Shown: positions 22,701-33,317 of the stretch, one piece after another | Layout: each line of letters starts with the position of its first letter | Numbering within the stretch: position 1 is the first letter of the stretch | Assembly (NCBI GenBank): GCA_000934665.2 | Contig: JYFJ02002805.1 | Location: 1 to 50,536 of the forward strand | Direction: 5' to 3' | Length of the DNA: 50,536 nt | DNA from: Catajapyx aquilonaris | Lineage: Eukaryota | Notes under the pieces: model-generated | Seen by the model: the letters and a program-made list of their open reading frames with translations, nothing else | Database searches by the model: none | What the model was told of the DNA's origin: nothing | Made by a program: the position numbers and the translations under genes

Positions 22701-25320
22701 CAGAAGATTCTCGACATGTTGTACTGCAACATGTTTTCTGTCACCTTTATGACTGAGATGGTACTGCCCCAGATGGTTGAGCGAGGAAAAGGACTAGTGG
22801 TCAACCTATCCTCACTTGGGGCAGTAATACCTTCGCCACTCCTCAGTGTATATGGCGCAACCAAAGTGAGGAAATGTTCATTTTGAAAGGTGTAATTTAA
22901 CATTGTGCATTCAATGAGCAAGGAAAGATCATTGAACTATTGTCATATTATCCCCATTACATTAATTGGGAGCTTATGAAAATTTGATAGTACCATATGT
23001 TGATGCAAAAGTGTATATTTTTTACACGTTATTGGCTTTCACAAGGAGAAATCTAATGCAAGCTGATATCTTTATTAGGCATATGTGGACAAGTTTAGCC
23101 GTGACCTGTACATTGAGTATGGACACAAAGGAGTGCACTTTCAAAGCATCATCCCAGCCTTTGTAGTGTCAAACATGAGCAAGGTGCGCAAGCCAAGCAT
23201 GATGATCCCTACTGCGGAAACATATGTCAAGAGTGCTGTCAAGTCTTTTGGGATGGATTACCAGACTGGCTCATACTTCATGCATCGATTTTATGTAAGT
23301 GTTGCAAGTCTTTCTTTTTCTTCATTGTCGTTATAAATAATTATTAAGTCGCTGTCACAATTACTTGTGCTCCATGTTTTCTAACAACTTTAAAAGCGAG
23401 TTAGGAATGCATTTAGAGGCTATGAAAGGCAGGGTTTGAATATTTGGGAACTCCATTACTCTCACAGTAGAATAACATGAAACAAAAAGTGAAGGGATCA
23501 TAAGCTTATGACATTTTCATGTACAGTAGTTTTATTCTTTACATGATGGTTTTCCTTTTTTAATGAGGGAATATTATGAAGTTCGCAACTTATGCATGCA
23601 TCTGCAGCCCACAGGCATGCACATATTGTAATTAATGTGGGATTTCCCTATAAAAGAGTAATCACTCAGCATAACAAGGTAGTGCCCCCAAATTGTAAGT
23701 AATGTAATTGTCACTTGCAATCCCCATTACTCTTTTATCCAACCTAATGCAGCATGCTGGCAGCTGACGAGTCAATATAAAGTGGGGTAATGTTCATGGA
23801 TTTTCTCCTGCCCTTGAAAATCATGAGATATTTTAACTTTAAGAAGTATTGAATGCCTGTGGTACAGGGCAAAATGAATCACAGATTGTAGGCTATATGA
23901 AGTGCAATGAAATCAAAGAATGATTCTTAAAATTACTCATAGTGGGAAGGTGGTTATATTTATATGCCATCATTAGCATAGTTTCTTGAACCCGGGTAAG
24001 ATGAATAATTTGCTAAGATAAAAGTTGCTGATAAGTTACACTTTGGGAATGTCTTCATGGTCATGAATACTTAGATCGAAATCATTAGGGACTATACCCA
24101 GTTCAAGGTTGTCCTTAGCACTAATTTTATTAACATGCATTGCATGCTTTTGTGCAGTTTTCCACATCAAAGTGACCACAGATGGTGTGAAGGTACAAAT
24201 GAAATTTATTCTGCTGGCATTTCCGTAGCTGTGGCTGTTGTGAAAGGAATTTGGAGGAATTACCAGTGGCATAATATATTGCTTGATTTTATCATTGTAT
24301 ATGACAATATTGTGGCGTAATTGGTTTATAAATAGAAAGAACCTTTGTTAAATAATTAAAATAATCATGTTGGCCTGCTGATGCTAGCCTATGCCCATGT
24401 TGAATGCACTGTCAATGCAACACCATATGTGCATCGCTAGTTGTATGTGGATATTACAAAGATAAGGCAGATTCTGTGCAAGAAGGTCAGGTAGGATTTT
24501 ATTTCGCCATGAAACTTATTTGGTTTTTTGGAGCTTCATGATTATTGCACGCTGCTGCCTGTGATTAGCTATTAGGTAATTTATAATGATGCACATCTCT
24601 CATGACTTGCATTTCTCATAAATAATATTGAGTAAGCTAGGTTTCAAGGTCATGCTGATGATGGCAGCAATCCAGTGTGCATAGTTGCATTAATAAATTG
24701 ACGTAGTGTTTGGCTGTATTGAATGCAGAAAATACTGCACTTTGACATGCTGAGCTGACCATCAAGGAATTTCCAGAAGTGCAGGATCCGTTGGAAAGTT
24801 TCAAGGTTCTTTTGTAGCATGCACAACAGGAAATGTAGATGCAAAGAAACCAGTTATTAATTTAACCAGGAAAATATCCATCCATGATTGAGTGCAGGCC
24901 TTGAAGCATTACTAATACATTTGGGATTTTGTAAGCACTTGTACTAGCATCTTTGTTTCAAATGTAGCTTTTAATTTTTAATCGTGAAATATTTAATGGA
25001 CAGATAGCAGTCACGGCAGACTTACTATGCATTGCACGACAGGAGGCAATGAAGCAAAAATTGTGACCTTTCCGGTACGTAGTTTAGAAATGGGAGGGCA
25101 AATACTCATTACATGACCTGGATTGTGACACGCCACTGACCTTAATGCTGAAAAGAAATTGTAGTGCATGTGACATTTACACTTGAAAATATTTCCTTTT
25201 CAGCTTCAAGTGGCCTTGTTCTTCGGATACTTCTTTCCATGGCTATCAAGGCGCAGTGCATACAATGGACTTAAGGAGCTGAGGAAAAAGGCATTGAAGA
25301 AGAGGGCAAAGCAACAATGA
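16797..25320 (+). CDS. HSD17B12: Very-long-chain 3-oxoacyl-CoA reductase (KAR/HSD17B12, spidey-like SDR); exons 16797-16989, 19697-19743, 19993-20068, 22528-22865, 23079-23294, 25204-25320
   Basis: N-terminal TM, GKWAVVTGATDGLGKA Rossmann motif, ILISRTPSKL, IGILINNVG, catalytic YGATK and basic C-terminus RKKALKKRAKQQ. Intron 20069-22527 is GC-AG. Confidence 0.92.
17581..17685 (-). mobile_element. tRNA-derived SINE family A, 3'-truncated copy
   Basis: The reverse strand reads A box TGGTCGAGTTGG and B box GGTTCGATCCC, then GGGAGTTCCCTTT..CAGGAGGGTCTCTG, homologous to the copies at 17739 and 36979. Confidence 0.8.
17739..17990 (+). mobile_element. tRNA-derived SINE family A copy
   Basis: A box TGGCTGAGTTGG and B box GGTTTGATCCC; the body is collinear with 36979-37240 (ggagttcccttt..cctgcgtca..tctggcaaccta..gactgcacatg..acattgcac). 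The 3' end is approximate. Confidence 0.82.
21524..21830 (-). mobile_element. Internally deleted Tc1/mariner-superfamily transposon relic
   Basis: The left end is TATAGGGTGTCCCA, with inverted match tctccatacatagggaat (21541) / attcccatatatggaga (21812). The minus strand encodes QCVEFCQWVQDHLDQDNFGDDIPFSDKANFGVNGEVSH, resembling the ...EFC.W...ILFSDEA.F..NG.VN first-Asp region of Tc1/mariner transposases. Confidence 0.65.
21991..22105. repeat. ~115-bp foldback (imperfect inverted repeat), MITE-like or hairpin RNA
   Basis: The left arm acatgtactatatcgttcaag...tttgcatttgatgcaagt pairs with the right arm acttgaatcaaatgcaaaa...ttgagcgatatagtacatgt around a ~9-nt loop. Confidence 0.85.
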
Positions 25321-25665
25321 CTTGTCTTCATAATATAAATTGTGTCAGAAGGAAGGTGTAATGAGCAAAACAGAGAAGTCTCTTGACATAGTCAAGTGTC
25401 TTCACTGTCACTAGCTCTAAAATGTGCAATGATATTCAGTTTAATAAGATAAGGAGGGTTAAAATATAGGTGGGAGTCTTTGCCAGCCCCAGCAATCACC
25501 GCAGCCTTTCAATTTGAAGGAAATTATAAATGGCAAAAGGACCACACTGTAAATAAAACACTGGCAGATCATTCCACAGAAAAACATCATTTTTTTGTCA
25601 TTTTGTCTTGATTCATAGTCTGTTTTCAGTGCACTTTTGGTGTCCCACATCAATCCCAAAGACTG

Positions 25666-28065
25666 TTACCGGTCAGCAAAATAGTCCAGCTTGTAATTAG
25701 CAGTGTCCTGCAGCGGCCGCTGTAGAGGATGGGGAAGGAGTTTGGCTATGCAATTGTGCAACTTGACTGCATTTCGACCCACATTGAACACATAGCTGTT
25801 GTCCTTCTCGCACAGGTTTCCCAGCACAGTGTAAATGTCCTGTCAAGGAGGAGGGGTCAGTGCTATTTATACACCTTCATACATAAAAATGAATAAACCC
25901 AATTTCAATTACCATGCAAAAGAGACTTCAAATATTTTGAATTTAGAAATTCCAGCTTAGGATAGATTACAGTAAAACTTTGATATAACGCCCCCTTTAT
26001 TCCGGTCCCTTTGATAATTTCCATTAGGTACATTTTCCTGGATATAACACTATCCCCGTTATAATGCTACTTTTTGGTGATCCCTTGGAGAGCGTTATAT
26101 CAAGGTTTTACTCTATTTACAGGTGAGTTCCTGCCATGTGTCCTACCCCATTAATTTGGGTGGATAAGCAGGCTCTTAAGATATGATAATAATTGTGTAA
26201 CATTTTTATACGTGCTGTACCTCACACAGGTTATTCTCAGCAGTAGCAGGCTCATGAATATAAAGAAGGTCCAGGAAGAAGTATGGTGAACTAATCAATT
26301 TCATGTAGCCCTCCTTACTGCTCTGGAACTCTGGCACACTGAATGATCGACCAAAGAGCAACACTGAAATAAAAGACCACATTGAGTAACTAGTTGCGAG
26401 TCCAGGCCAAAACAACATACATGTCCTGACTACATAAGGTGGCACAGTGGTCGACAACTCTGACCTCTGGGTCATGGGAAGAGGCACTTTCTGCTCGATT
26501 GTGTTGAACAAAGATGAAAGGTCCAGTTTTGAAGTAGGACCAAACTCAGTGTATTCACTGATGGCCTTCAGCAACTCCTGAGTGTCACTGGTGAATCCTG
26601 TCAACTATAAATAATTGTGTCTTGAATAGTAGCAGTAATAATAGTGTTTATTTAAATAGTTTGTTGCCCAGTTCATTCAAATACGCAGGGTGCTCATGAA
26701 TTCATCTGCCAAAATGATGTGGTGGAGCATTGCTGACCTTTCGGACCTAAGCCATGTTTCTTCCCTTGGCACTCCCTACTACTTGTATCATTTTGGCAAA
26801 TGAATTCATGAACACTCTGTATAATGGCTTGTTTTCAAATCTGACAGAGCTTAATGTAATTTTGTTACTGTAGTAATTGACAATCATGTAACTAATCAAT
26901 TCAAACCAGATGTGAACATCTGCAATTGTCTGCAACAAAATTTAAACAATTTGTCAACTGGAGTTCACTTGTGTATATGATGATAATCCTGTTCTTAGAA
27001 TGAGCCATAACATTCAGAAGCATTTGCAAAAACAAACATGTGGAATGTAGAGAACCAACTAACCCATGTTGCTGATTCTTTGAGAATCACAATAGCATAC
27101 TCATGCTTGGTGTTGAGGCACTGTTTGGAGAGGAGATACCTTTCAACCATACGTTTTAACATCTGGCTCACACTAAAGCCCCCTGTGGACATCTGGAAGG
27201 GAGTTACTTCAGCCTGCACATCGAAGTCCAAGCAGAGGATCTGGAAGAGCAAATAACATCATTAGAATTTTTTCCATACATTTGTTGTAGTGAATGGGGC
27301 TTCACACACCCTTTTCACAGGTCCCTTTGACAGAGGAAGGGCACTTTGCTACTCTCTCTCCCCCTCCCAATGGTAATTTTGAAGGCAGCATTATTGTGAA
27401 GTGACATACCACATGTAAGGAGCCACTTAGATTAGAATTAACCTGATTTTAGTTTAATCATCTTGGCATTTCATACCTGTTTCACCTGCACTCATATATC
27501 AAGTACAATTTCTATGAATCACTGTTTCTATCTACTTATCACTTACAATCTTCTCCTGACATCCAATGCGAGGAAGGGTTGGCGCCTTCTTAACTTCCCC
27601 TTGCTCTGAGTCAGTATCTTGTGACTCCTCCATGGGAACATCACTCTTTCCAGAATTCTGTGAACACTCTAGCACAGTCACTTCCTCATCTTCATTTTGC
27701 TCTGTAGGTGCCCCAGAAGATGTCATTACGTCTTTGGATAAGTGGCTACTGTCACCTTCCATTTGGGAAGTCTGGAAATGCATGGATAGGGAGTTAATAA
27801 AATGGGCAATATAACTGTAGGACCACTTAATTTCAGAAATTTCAGCCTGTTCTGATCTCAATATATGATATACCTTAGGAACGTTTGGTTTTCTTCCCTG
27901 GGCTGGAAAAATTTCTTCATCATCATCACTGGAGACAACCATGGCCACCTCAGGACTGGACTTCGGTTTGTTAGTGCAGCTCCTCTGTCGAGTGTTGTGT
28001 AATATGTCAGGACTTGGGGGCCTCTCCGCAGCTCTGCCAGAATGTTCATCAGAAGAATCATCCAT
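25666..28065 (-). CDS. BABAM1: BRISC and BRCA1-A complex member 1 (MERIT40/NBA1); exons 28065-27874, 27771-27547, 27240-27064, 26604-26421, 26363-26221, 25839-25666
   Basis: Acidic disordered N-terminus, then PRIGCQEKIILCLD, KHEYAIVIL, PPYVVRT, SPYFFLDLLYIH and LHNCIAKLLPHPLQRPLQ (vWA-like MERIT40 motifs). Confidence 0.92.
25970..26113. mobile_element. pogo/Tigger-like MITE in BABAM1 intron 5
   Basis: ~22-bp TIRs CAGTAAAACTTTGATATAACGC / GCGTTATATCAAGGTTTTACTC, flanked by TA on both sides (25968-25969, 26114-26115); no coding capacity. Confidence 0.8.
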
Positions 28066-29141
28066 AGTCTGGCAACTAGTACTACACAAAATGTGATTTT
28101 CTCAGGGCAAGTCCACCATTTACAAACCTGAAACAATTATCATCACTCTTTAGAACAGATTTTAACAAGATAAATGCAAGTACTGCAACTGACAAGCAGC
28201 TTTAATGTTTCGGCATATGCATACGGGGATCTGGGACCTCAATGATGTAAAGGTAATTGTCAAAAATGTTCCTTACAATACTGGTGCTGAGCATAAATAT
28301 TGAAGTTTTGAAATGGAACGGTATTTGAATAAGCATTTCCGATTCAATGTTGTCACATGCAAAAGTAGCATTTATTACATCTGAACGTAAGTGATCCTAA
28401 CTCAACTTTCACTCTCTCTAACCCAATCTCTTGAGCATAGTAACTAAACTTATGGCTACTTAATAAAATAGTACACCTATCTAAAAATAGCCCTGGCTAA
28501 CACATATCTTGCAAATTCAGGGACCAAACCTGGTATTGTGAATTGCTATTTGCATCAAGTGTGATGCATTTTTGTATGGCATCAACAGAAAAATGTGTCA
28601 CGCTTCTGGCTAGGCTATCTTTCCTTGAGCTAAGTACCCTGCAAGTATGTGCATGGTGAAATACTTTTCATCTGTGATCCACGCTTCAAAGCTCTTGACA
28701 CCTCCCCCAACACCCAGTCACTAGGGCCGCAGCCTTGTCACCATCAGGGATATAAGTCTCTGATCCATCTTGTGTCCCCAGGTTCACAAGCAACGACCGC
28801 TCCTGCCTTCTGACCAATTTTCTGCATACCTACGTGCCTGCCTTATCTCTCTCTGTAAAAAATTGTTTAGCACCAAAAAATTGCAATCACCTGAGCTGAC
28901 AAAGTTGCATTCCTACTCCTGCTTTCCGATTGCAAGAACCGACTACTACGTGTTGTCACGAATTATATATCAGTTAGTTTCTATCATAATTTTATAGCAC
29001 TTAACATTTCATATTGTTTTATAATTATGCTTGATTTGTATTACACGTATGGAATAAACAGCATTAAATGCAGTTTATGGCGCGGGTGCGAATGCGCTTT
29101 GCTCGTTCTGAGATGGCGATAGTCTTCGTTCGTTGGAAGCG

Positions 29142-30011
29142 ATGGGCTCCCGAAGAAACGGCTCTTCCTTGCTGGAGAACCTCCCAGACGAAATCCTGGC
29201 CCACATCCTGGGGTACCTCAACGCGGTAGACTTGTACAACGTGTCCTGGTAAGCATTCAACCTGGCCCGATCGCTACTGTCGAGAAAAGTCGTACCGCTT
29301 GTCCAATGTGTACGCCCTAGATGTCGTCAACCTCAGAAATCTGATGATTTGTATTTGAAAGAAATTCATCATGTATATCAGTTAATATTATATTTTCTCT
29401 AAAGTGTGTCGCAGCGCTTGGAAGGGTCTGTCGCAGACAACTGCCTGTGGAAGGTGGTCAACTTTGGACCCCTGCCGCTCAACTTGACCTACCTGAGAAA
29501 GTTTCTTCGCTACTTGGGACCTCATACAGTAGTCATACGTGTGGCTGGATTTGTGAAGCTGGGACAACGCCCATCTGGCCCAAAGTCTACTTCACAGTGC
29601 GTGTCAGAAGCTTTCTTGCTGAGCCTGAAACGCAGGTGCCCCAACCTGCTGGAGTTGTCCCTTCGGCGTTGCTTCCTTGACGCCCGCTCTGTCAAGTTCT
29701 CTCTCTTTCCAAAGTCCCTCCGCTGGCTTTGTCTGGCTGGATCGGTCCTGCTAAACCTTCCTGTGACCCGAACCAAGCTGACTTCACCATTCCACCATCT
29801 GGACCGTCACTTACCTCGACTAGAAGCTGTGGATGTGCGCCACTGCACGACCTGGTTCACAAAGGTTGACCTGGTGGTGCTAATGAGCAAATGTCCACAG
29901 GTGCACACTGTCAGGCTAGCTGAGAGGAATTATTTGCGTGAAACTAAGGGGTGGAGTGTCGTCAGTGCTTCTGGCATGCCCTGTTGCAGTAACGCTTCCT
30001 GTTCATCTTGA
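29142..30011 (+). CDS. F-box/LRR protein (FBXL12-like); exons 29142-29248, 29405-30011
   Basis: F-box LENLPDEILAHILGYLNAVDLYNVSCVSQRL...LWKVVNF is split by a phase-2 GT-AG intron, followed by LRR-like CPNLLELSL, FPKSLRWLCL and LPRLEAVDV. Confidence 0.85.
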
Positions 30012-30430
30012 GACAACAATGGGAGCATTGTTTCATTTCACTAGTTTTAATTTAAAATTTCAACACATATTGGTGTCCATATAAAGGGGAAAATATTGTT
30101 TTAGTGTTAGAACTATTGCTGTGGTGCCAGGATTGAATTGATTTGGCATACGGGTGTGTGTCATGACTGTTGAACTCTTCGTGAGTTTAAAAAATTATTA
30201 CACTCATTAGGATATTTTAACATTTGTGATGGCTACAGCATATTTCAGAAGAACACATACAGATCTTCCAAATGGAAAATATTGGAATGTTGGAAAATTT
30301 ATACTGTGCACCTGACTACATTATGTGAACTAAATGTGACCTGTGGTATCACATGACACAAATAATGTGATTGTGAATGTTGCCAGCTTGCAAAATTCAA
30401 GACCCAAGTGCCACTGTTAATACTGCAACA

Positions 30431-30826
30431 ATGGCTGTCCTTCACCGTGCTCTGTTCACTTGGTTCCTGCTTTTAGTGTTCCTGATTCTTTTGGTTCTCC
30501 GCCTGGATGAGCGGACCCAATGGAGTTGGTTTATTGTGTTTGTGCCTGTCTGGGTGTTTGATGGAGTGCTTCTTACTTACGTCCTGTTTAACATGATGAG
30601 CCACTGTCGCAATGGTCGTGACCGCCATTTTGTGTCTATGCAGCGGAAAGCCTGGTATGCCCTAGCTGCTGTGCTGAAGACAGCAGCTGAGATTCTACTA
30701 TGTTTTCGTCTGGAGCGAACTGACTGGCAACTACCTATGCACTACGTTATGGTGCCTGTGTGGACGCTTTTAACCGGTCTAGTAGTTGATGTGTTTGTCA
30801 CTCTACTGCAGCACTATCGCCACTAA
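30431..30826 (+). CDS. TMEM60: Transmembrane protein 60 (TMEM185/203/60 family), single coding exon
   Basis: HRALFTWFLLLVFLILLVLRLDERTQWSWFIVFVPVW signature, four hydrophobic helices and a good Kozak context (aca ATG G). Confidence 0.85.
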   Translation: MAVLHRALFTWFLLLVFLILLVLRLDERTQWSWFIVFVPVWVFDGVLLTYVLFNMMSHCRNGRDRHFVSMQRKAWYALAAVLKTAAEILLCFRLERTDWQLPMHYVMVPVWTLLTGLVVDVFVTLLQHYRH

Positions 30827-31218
30827 TATGTAATTTGAAGTGGCAGGAAATGAGAATGGGGTTTACATTATGTGCATTGATATGTAACAAGAAATTGTAA
30901 AGCAGCACAGGAAACCTCAAGTACTCACATAATGGAAATTAACACAATTAAAATATTTATGAAATTGTTGACAAAACACAAAATTTCAGGATTATCTACA
31001 AGGAATCATATATCAAGAATTTTCTGGTGTTTCATATAATATCATATTCCATGTTATTTGAATTACGAGATGCTTCCACTTAACCACGGGATGTTTTATT
31101 ATGATAAATTCAGATGATACTTTCGTCAGCAGCACATCCTACAATTCTGTTGTACTTATGGGTTGATGGGATTAATAAATATGTATCCAGATAATCTGTA
31201 CCATTATTTAATAATATG

Positions 31219-31728
31219 CTAAAGATTGAGTGTAAATTCTGAATCTTGCGTTGGAAGGCTGTTCAGAGATTCCAATGCAGTGCTCACAGGCACATCACTC
31301 AGGGTGAATTGAAACTCATCATACGTGTTCTCCTTATTGGAGAACGTCTTCTTGGGGCTTCTTTGTGGGCTTCGATGTGGACTCTTAAGTGGGCTTCTAC
31401 ATGGACTTTTTAATGGACTTAAGTGTGGACTCCTTAGGGGACTTTTGCATGGACTGTTTGGGGGGCTCTTGAGCCCACTTTTGTGGCTTTCCGTTTCCAG
31501 TAATTTAGGTTGGACTGAGGCCATTTCCAAATCACGTGACTTTTCACATTTGTTTTGACAGTTGTCCCCTAAAGTACGTGCTTTAATGGCAGTCTTCTCA
31601 ACAGTACACCTTGGCACAAAGAAGGACGTAATGGCATGCTGGTCTCGCCCTCTGATTAGAGGCAATGGTGGTAATTTTCCCAGGCGTGGTGCCTTCTTTT
31701 TACTGTTTTGAACCACTTGAGTTGGCAT
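31219..31728 (-). CDS. Uncharacterised ~169-aa protein with PIP box and tandem SPx(K/R) repeats
   Basis: Open frame preceded by a splice acceptor (tttgtttcag|ATG), with QHAITSFF at 31641-31618 and a 12-nt-unit array encoding SPPNSPCKSPLRSPHLSPLKSPCRSPLKSPHRSPQRSPKK. The true start may lie in an upstream exon. Confidence 0.7.
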   Translation of the reverse strand: MPTQVVQNSKKKAPRLGKLPPLPLIRGRDQHAITSFFVPRCTVEKTAIKARTLGDNCQNKCEKSRDLEMASVQPKLLETESHKSGLKSPPNSPCKSPLRSPHLSPLKSPCRSPLKSPHRSPQRSPKKTFSNKENTYDEFQFTLSDVPVSTALESLNSLPTQDSEFTLNL

Positions 31729-31896
31729 CTGAAACAAATTTATGATAAAATATCTACATATCAATAGCTTGCACACTACAGTGTAAGGGAAACTATACTT
31801 CAGAGTTCAGACACATCCTGTACACATCTGCTCAATAAGGAAAATATTTGTAGAATCTAAAAGACCCTGCTACAGCAAGGTTTTTCATGTTTGCAA

Positions 31897-32403
31897 TCAA
31901 TTTATCCCCCACACAGTCTCGACATAACAAGACGAGTTGTTTGTGTCCATACCTTTCGTTTCAGGCTTTTCGCCGACAGCCACTTTCGCTCCATCCCTGT
32001 CTGGAATGACTTGAACGAACAGTGAGCACGTGTCGCACCCAGTTATGCACTCCTCTTCTGCTTGATCTAAAGGCACCAAGTAAACTCCTCCACACCTGCA
32101 ACCATGCAGGTAGGCTCCTTCAGCCTCGGAATACTGCAACTCTGATAGCTTCAGGACTTCACTGATGTTCCAAGGCTGATGTAGGTCCTTCTGATCAAGC
32201 CTAGCGTCATACTCTGCACGTCGCACAGGATCACTCAACACCTCCCATGCCTCTTGCAGGAGATGGAAGCCATTGGTCCCCTGGCCTTTCTTGTCCGGGT
32301 GCAGCTGCAGCAAAAGTGACTTGTATTGTTGCTTTAAGTGTTGTGCAGTGCAATCACGATCAATGCAGAGTACTTGGTAATAGTCTGGTTCTTCAGGTGT
32401 CAT
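31897..32403 (-). CDS. DNAJC24: DnaJ homolog subfamily C member 24 (DPH4)
   Basis: J domain DYYQVL...LHPDK...AWEVLSDP..R..YD followed by the CSL zinc finger CRCGG...GCDTCS. Confidence 0.92.
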   Translation of the reverse strand: MTPEEPDYYQVLCIDRDCTAQHLKQQYKSLLLQLHPDKKGQGTNGFHLLQEAWEVLSDPVRRAEYDARLDQKDLHQPWNISEVLKLSELQYSEAEGAYLHGCRCGGVYLVPLDQAEEECITGCDTCSLFVQVIPDRDGAKVAVGEKPETKGMDTNNSSCYVETVWGIN

Positions 32404-33317
32404 CAACGTTACGCTGCAGGTTGCCTGTAAATATAAATTGTTATATGGCACATCATGACCTAGGATGAATGAAGTACCTTCACTGCACCAGCAGACGTCT
32501 GAGTACGGGCCCGGTACGGCCTTGTTAATGTGGCGGGAAGCGGGATGGAAACAACGGACCGACCTGCACCATGCCTGCACCTCGTCTGTATGAAAAAATA
32601 AAAGCACATTGCCGCAACTTGGCTAGTTCACAACATTAATTCACACCGCTAAAATGTTACATTTACTTAAAATTTTCACTACTCATTCGGTGTTCTTGAT
32701 CAAAACTTTAAAATATTTTCATGGAATTCGAAATGACTCATTTCAGTTGGCAACCTTGAGTCGGCCATGTTGTGGAACCACCACTTCTTGCAGCGCTCGG
32801 TAGATGGCTTCGGATCATTCCTCTGAGAAGGAAGTCAGCAGCGTTTTGTCCAGTTTCCTGGAGCAAAATCTAGCAAATTCTCCATTTATCTGCCGCTGGA
32901 ATAAGTGGGTAAGGTTTATGGTCTCATGCTTAATGCACTGGGACGTCCTCGGCAGCTTGGATAGTCAAAATGTTGCTGAGGGATTTCCTCATTGCGGAGG
33001 GCTTGTACAGATAATTTGACATATTCTCAGTCTTGCTGCAGCCAGTATGTTAGTGTGTAGTAAGTAAAAAAAGCTTTAAAACATGGTAAGGAACCGTTTA
33101 ATCATGCATCTGGCATTTGGGTGATGTTTTACATTGTTGTGATAATTGAACTGCACACGGTGCCAAACAAGGCATCGTTGTAGTTGATATGGTGTGTGTT
33201 CACTCGCTGAGCGCTCGCAGAGTTTTAAATGCACACATTCACCGACGAGCAATCTTTGAAACATGAATACTTTCAGGTAAGATTCCTGACGGATCTAATC
33301 CTTGTCTGGAGTGAGGA

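Noticed and set aside
31348..31470. CRISPR-like or satellite array
   Set aside because: The 12-nt units have no spacers and vary in a codon-like way consistent with an encoded SPxx repeat; the context is eukaryotic.
32404..32607. N-terminal extension of DNAJC24 in the 236-aa ORF
   Set aside because: Non-ATG start, contains splice-site-like sequences, and the J domain begins right after Met at 32403; more likely 5' UTR exons and introns.
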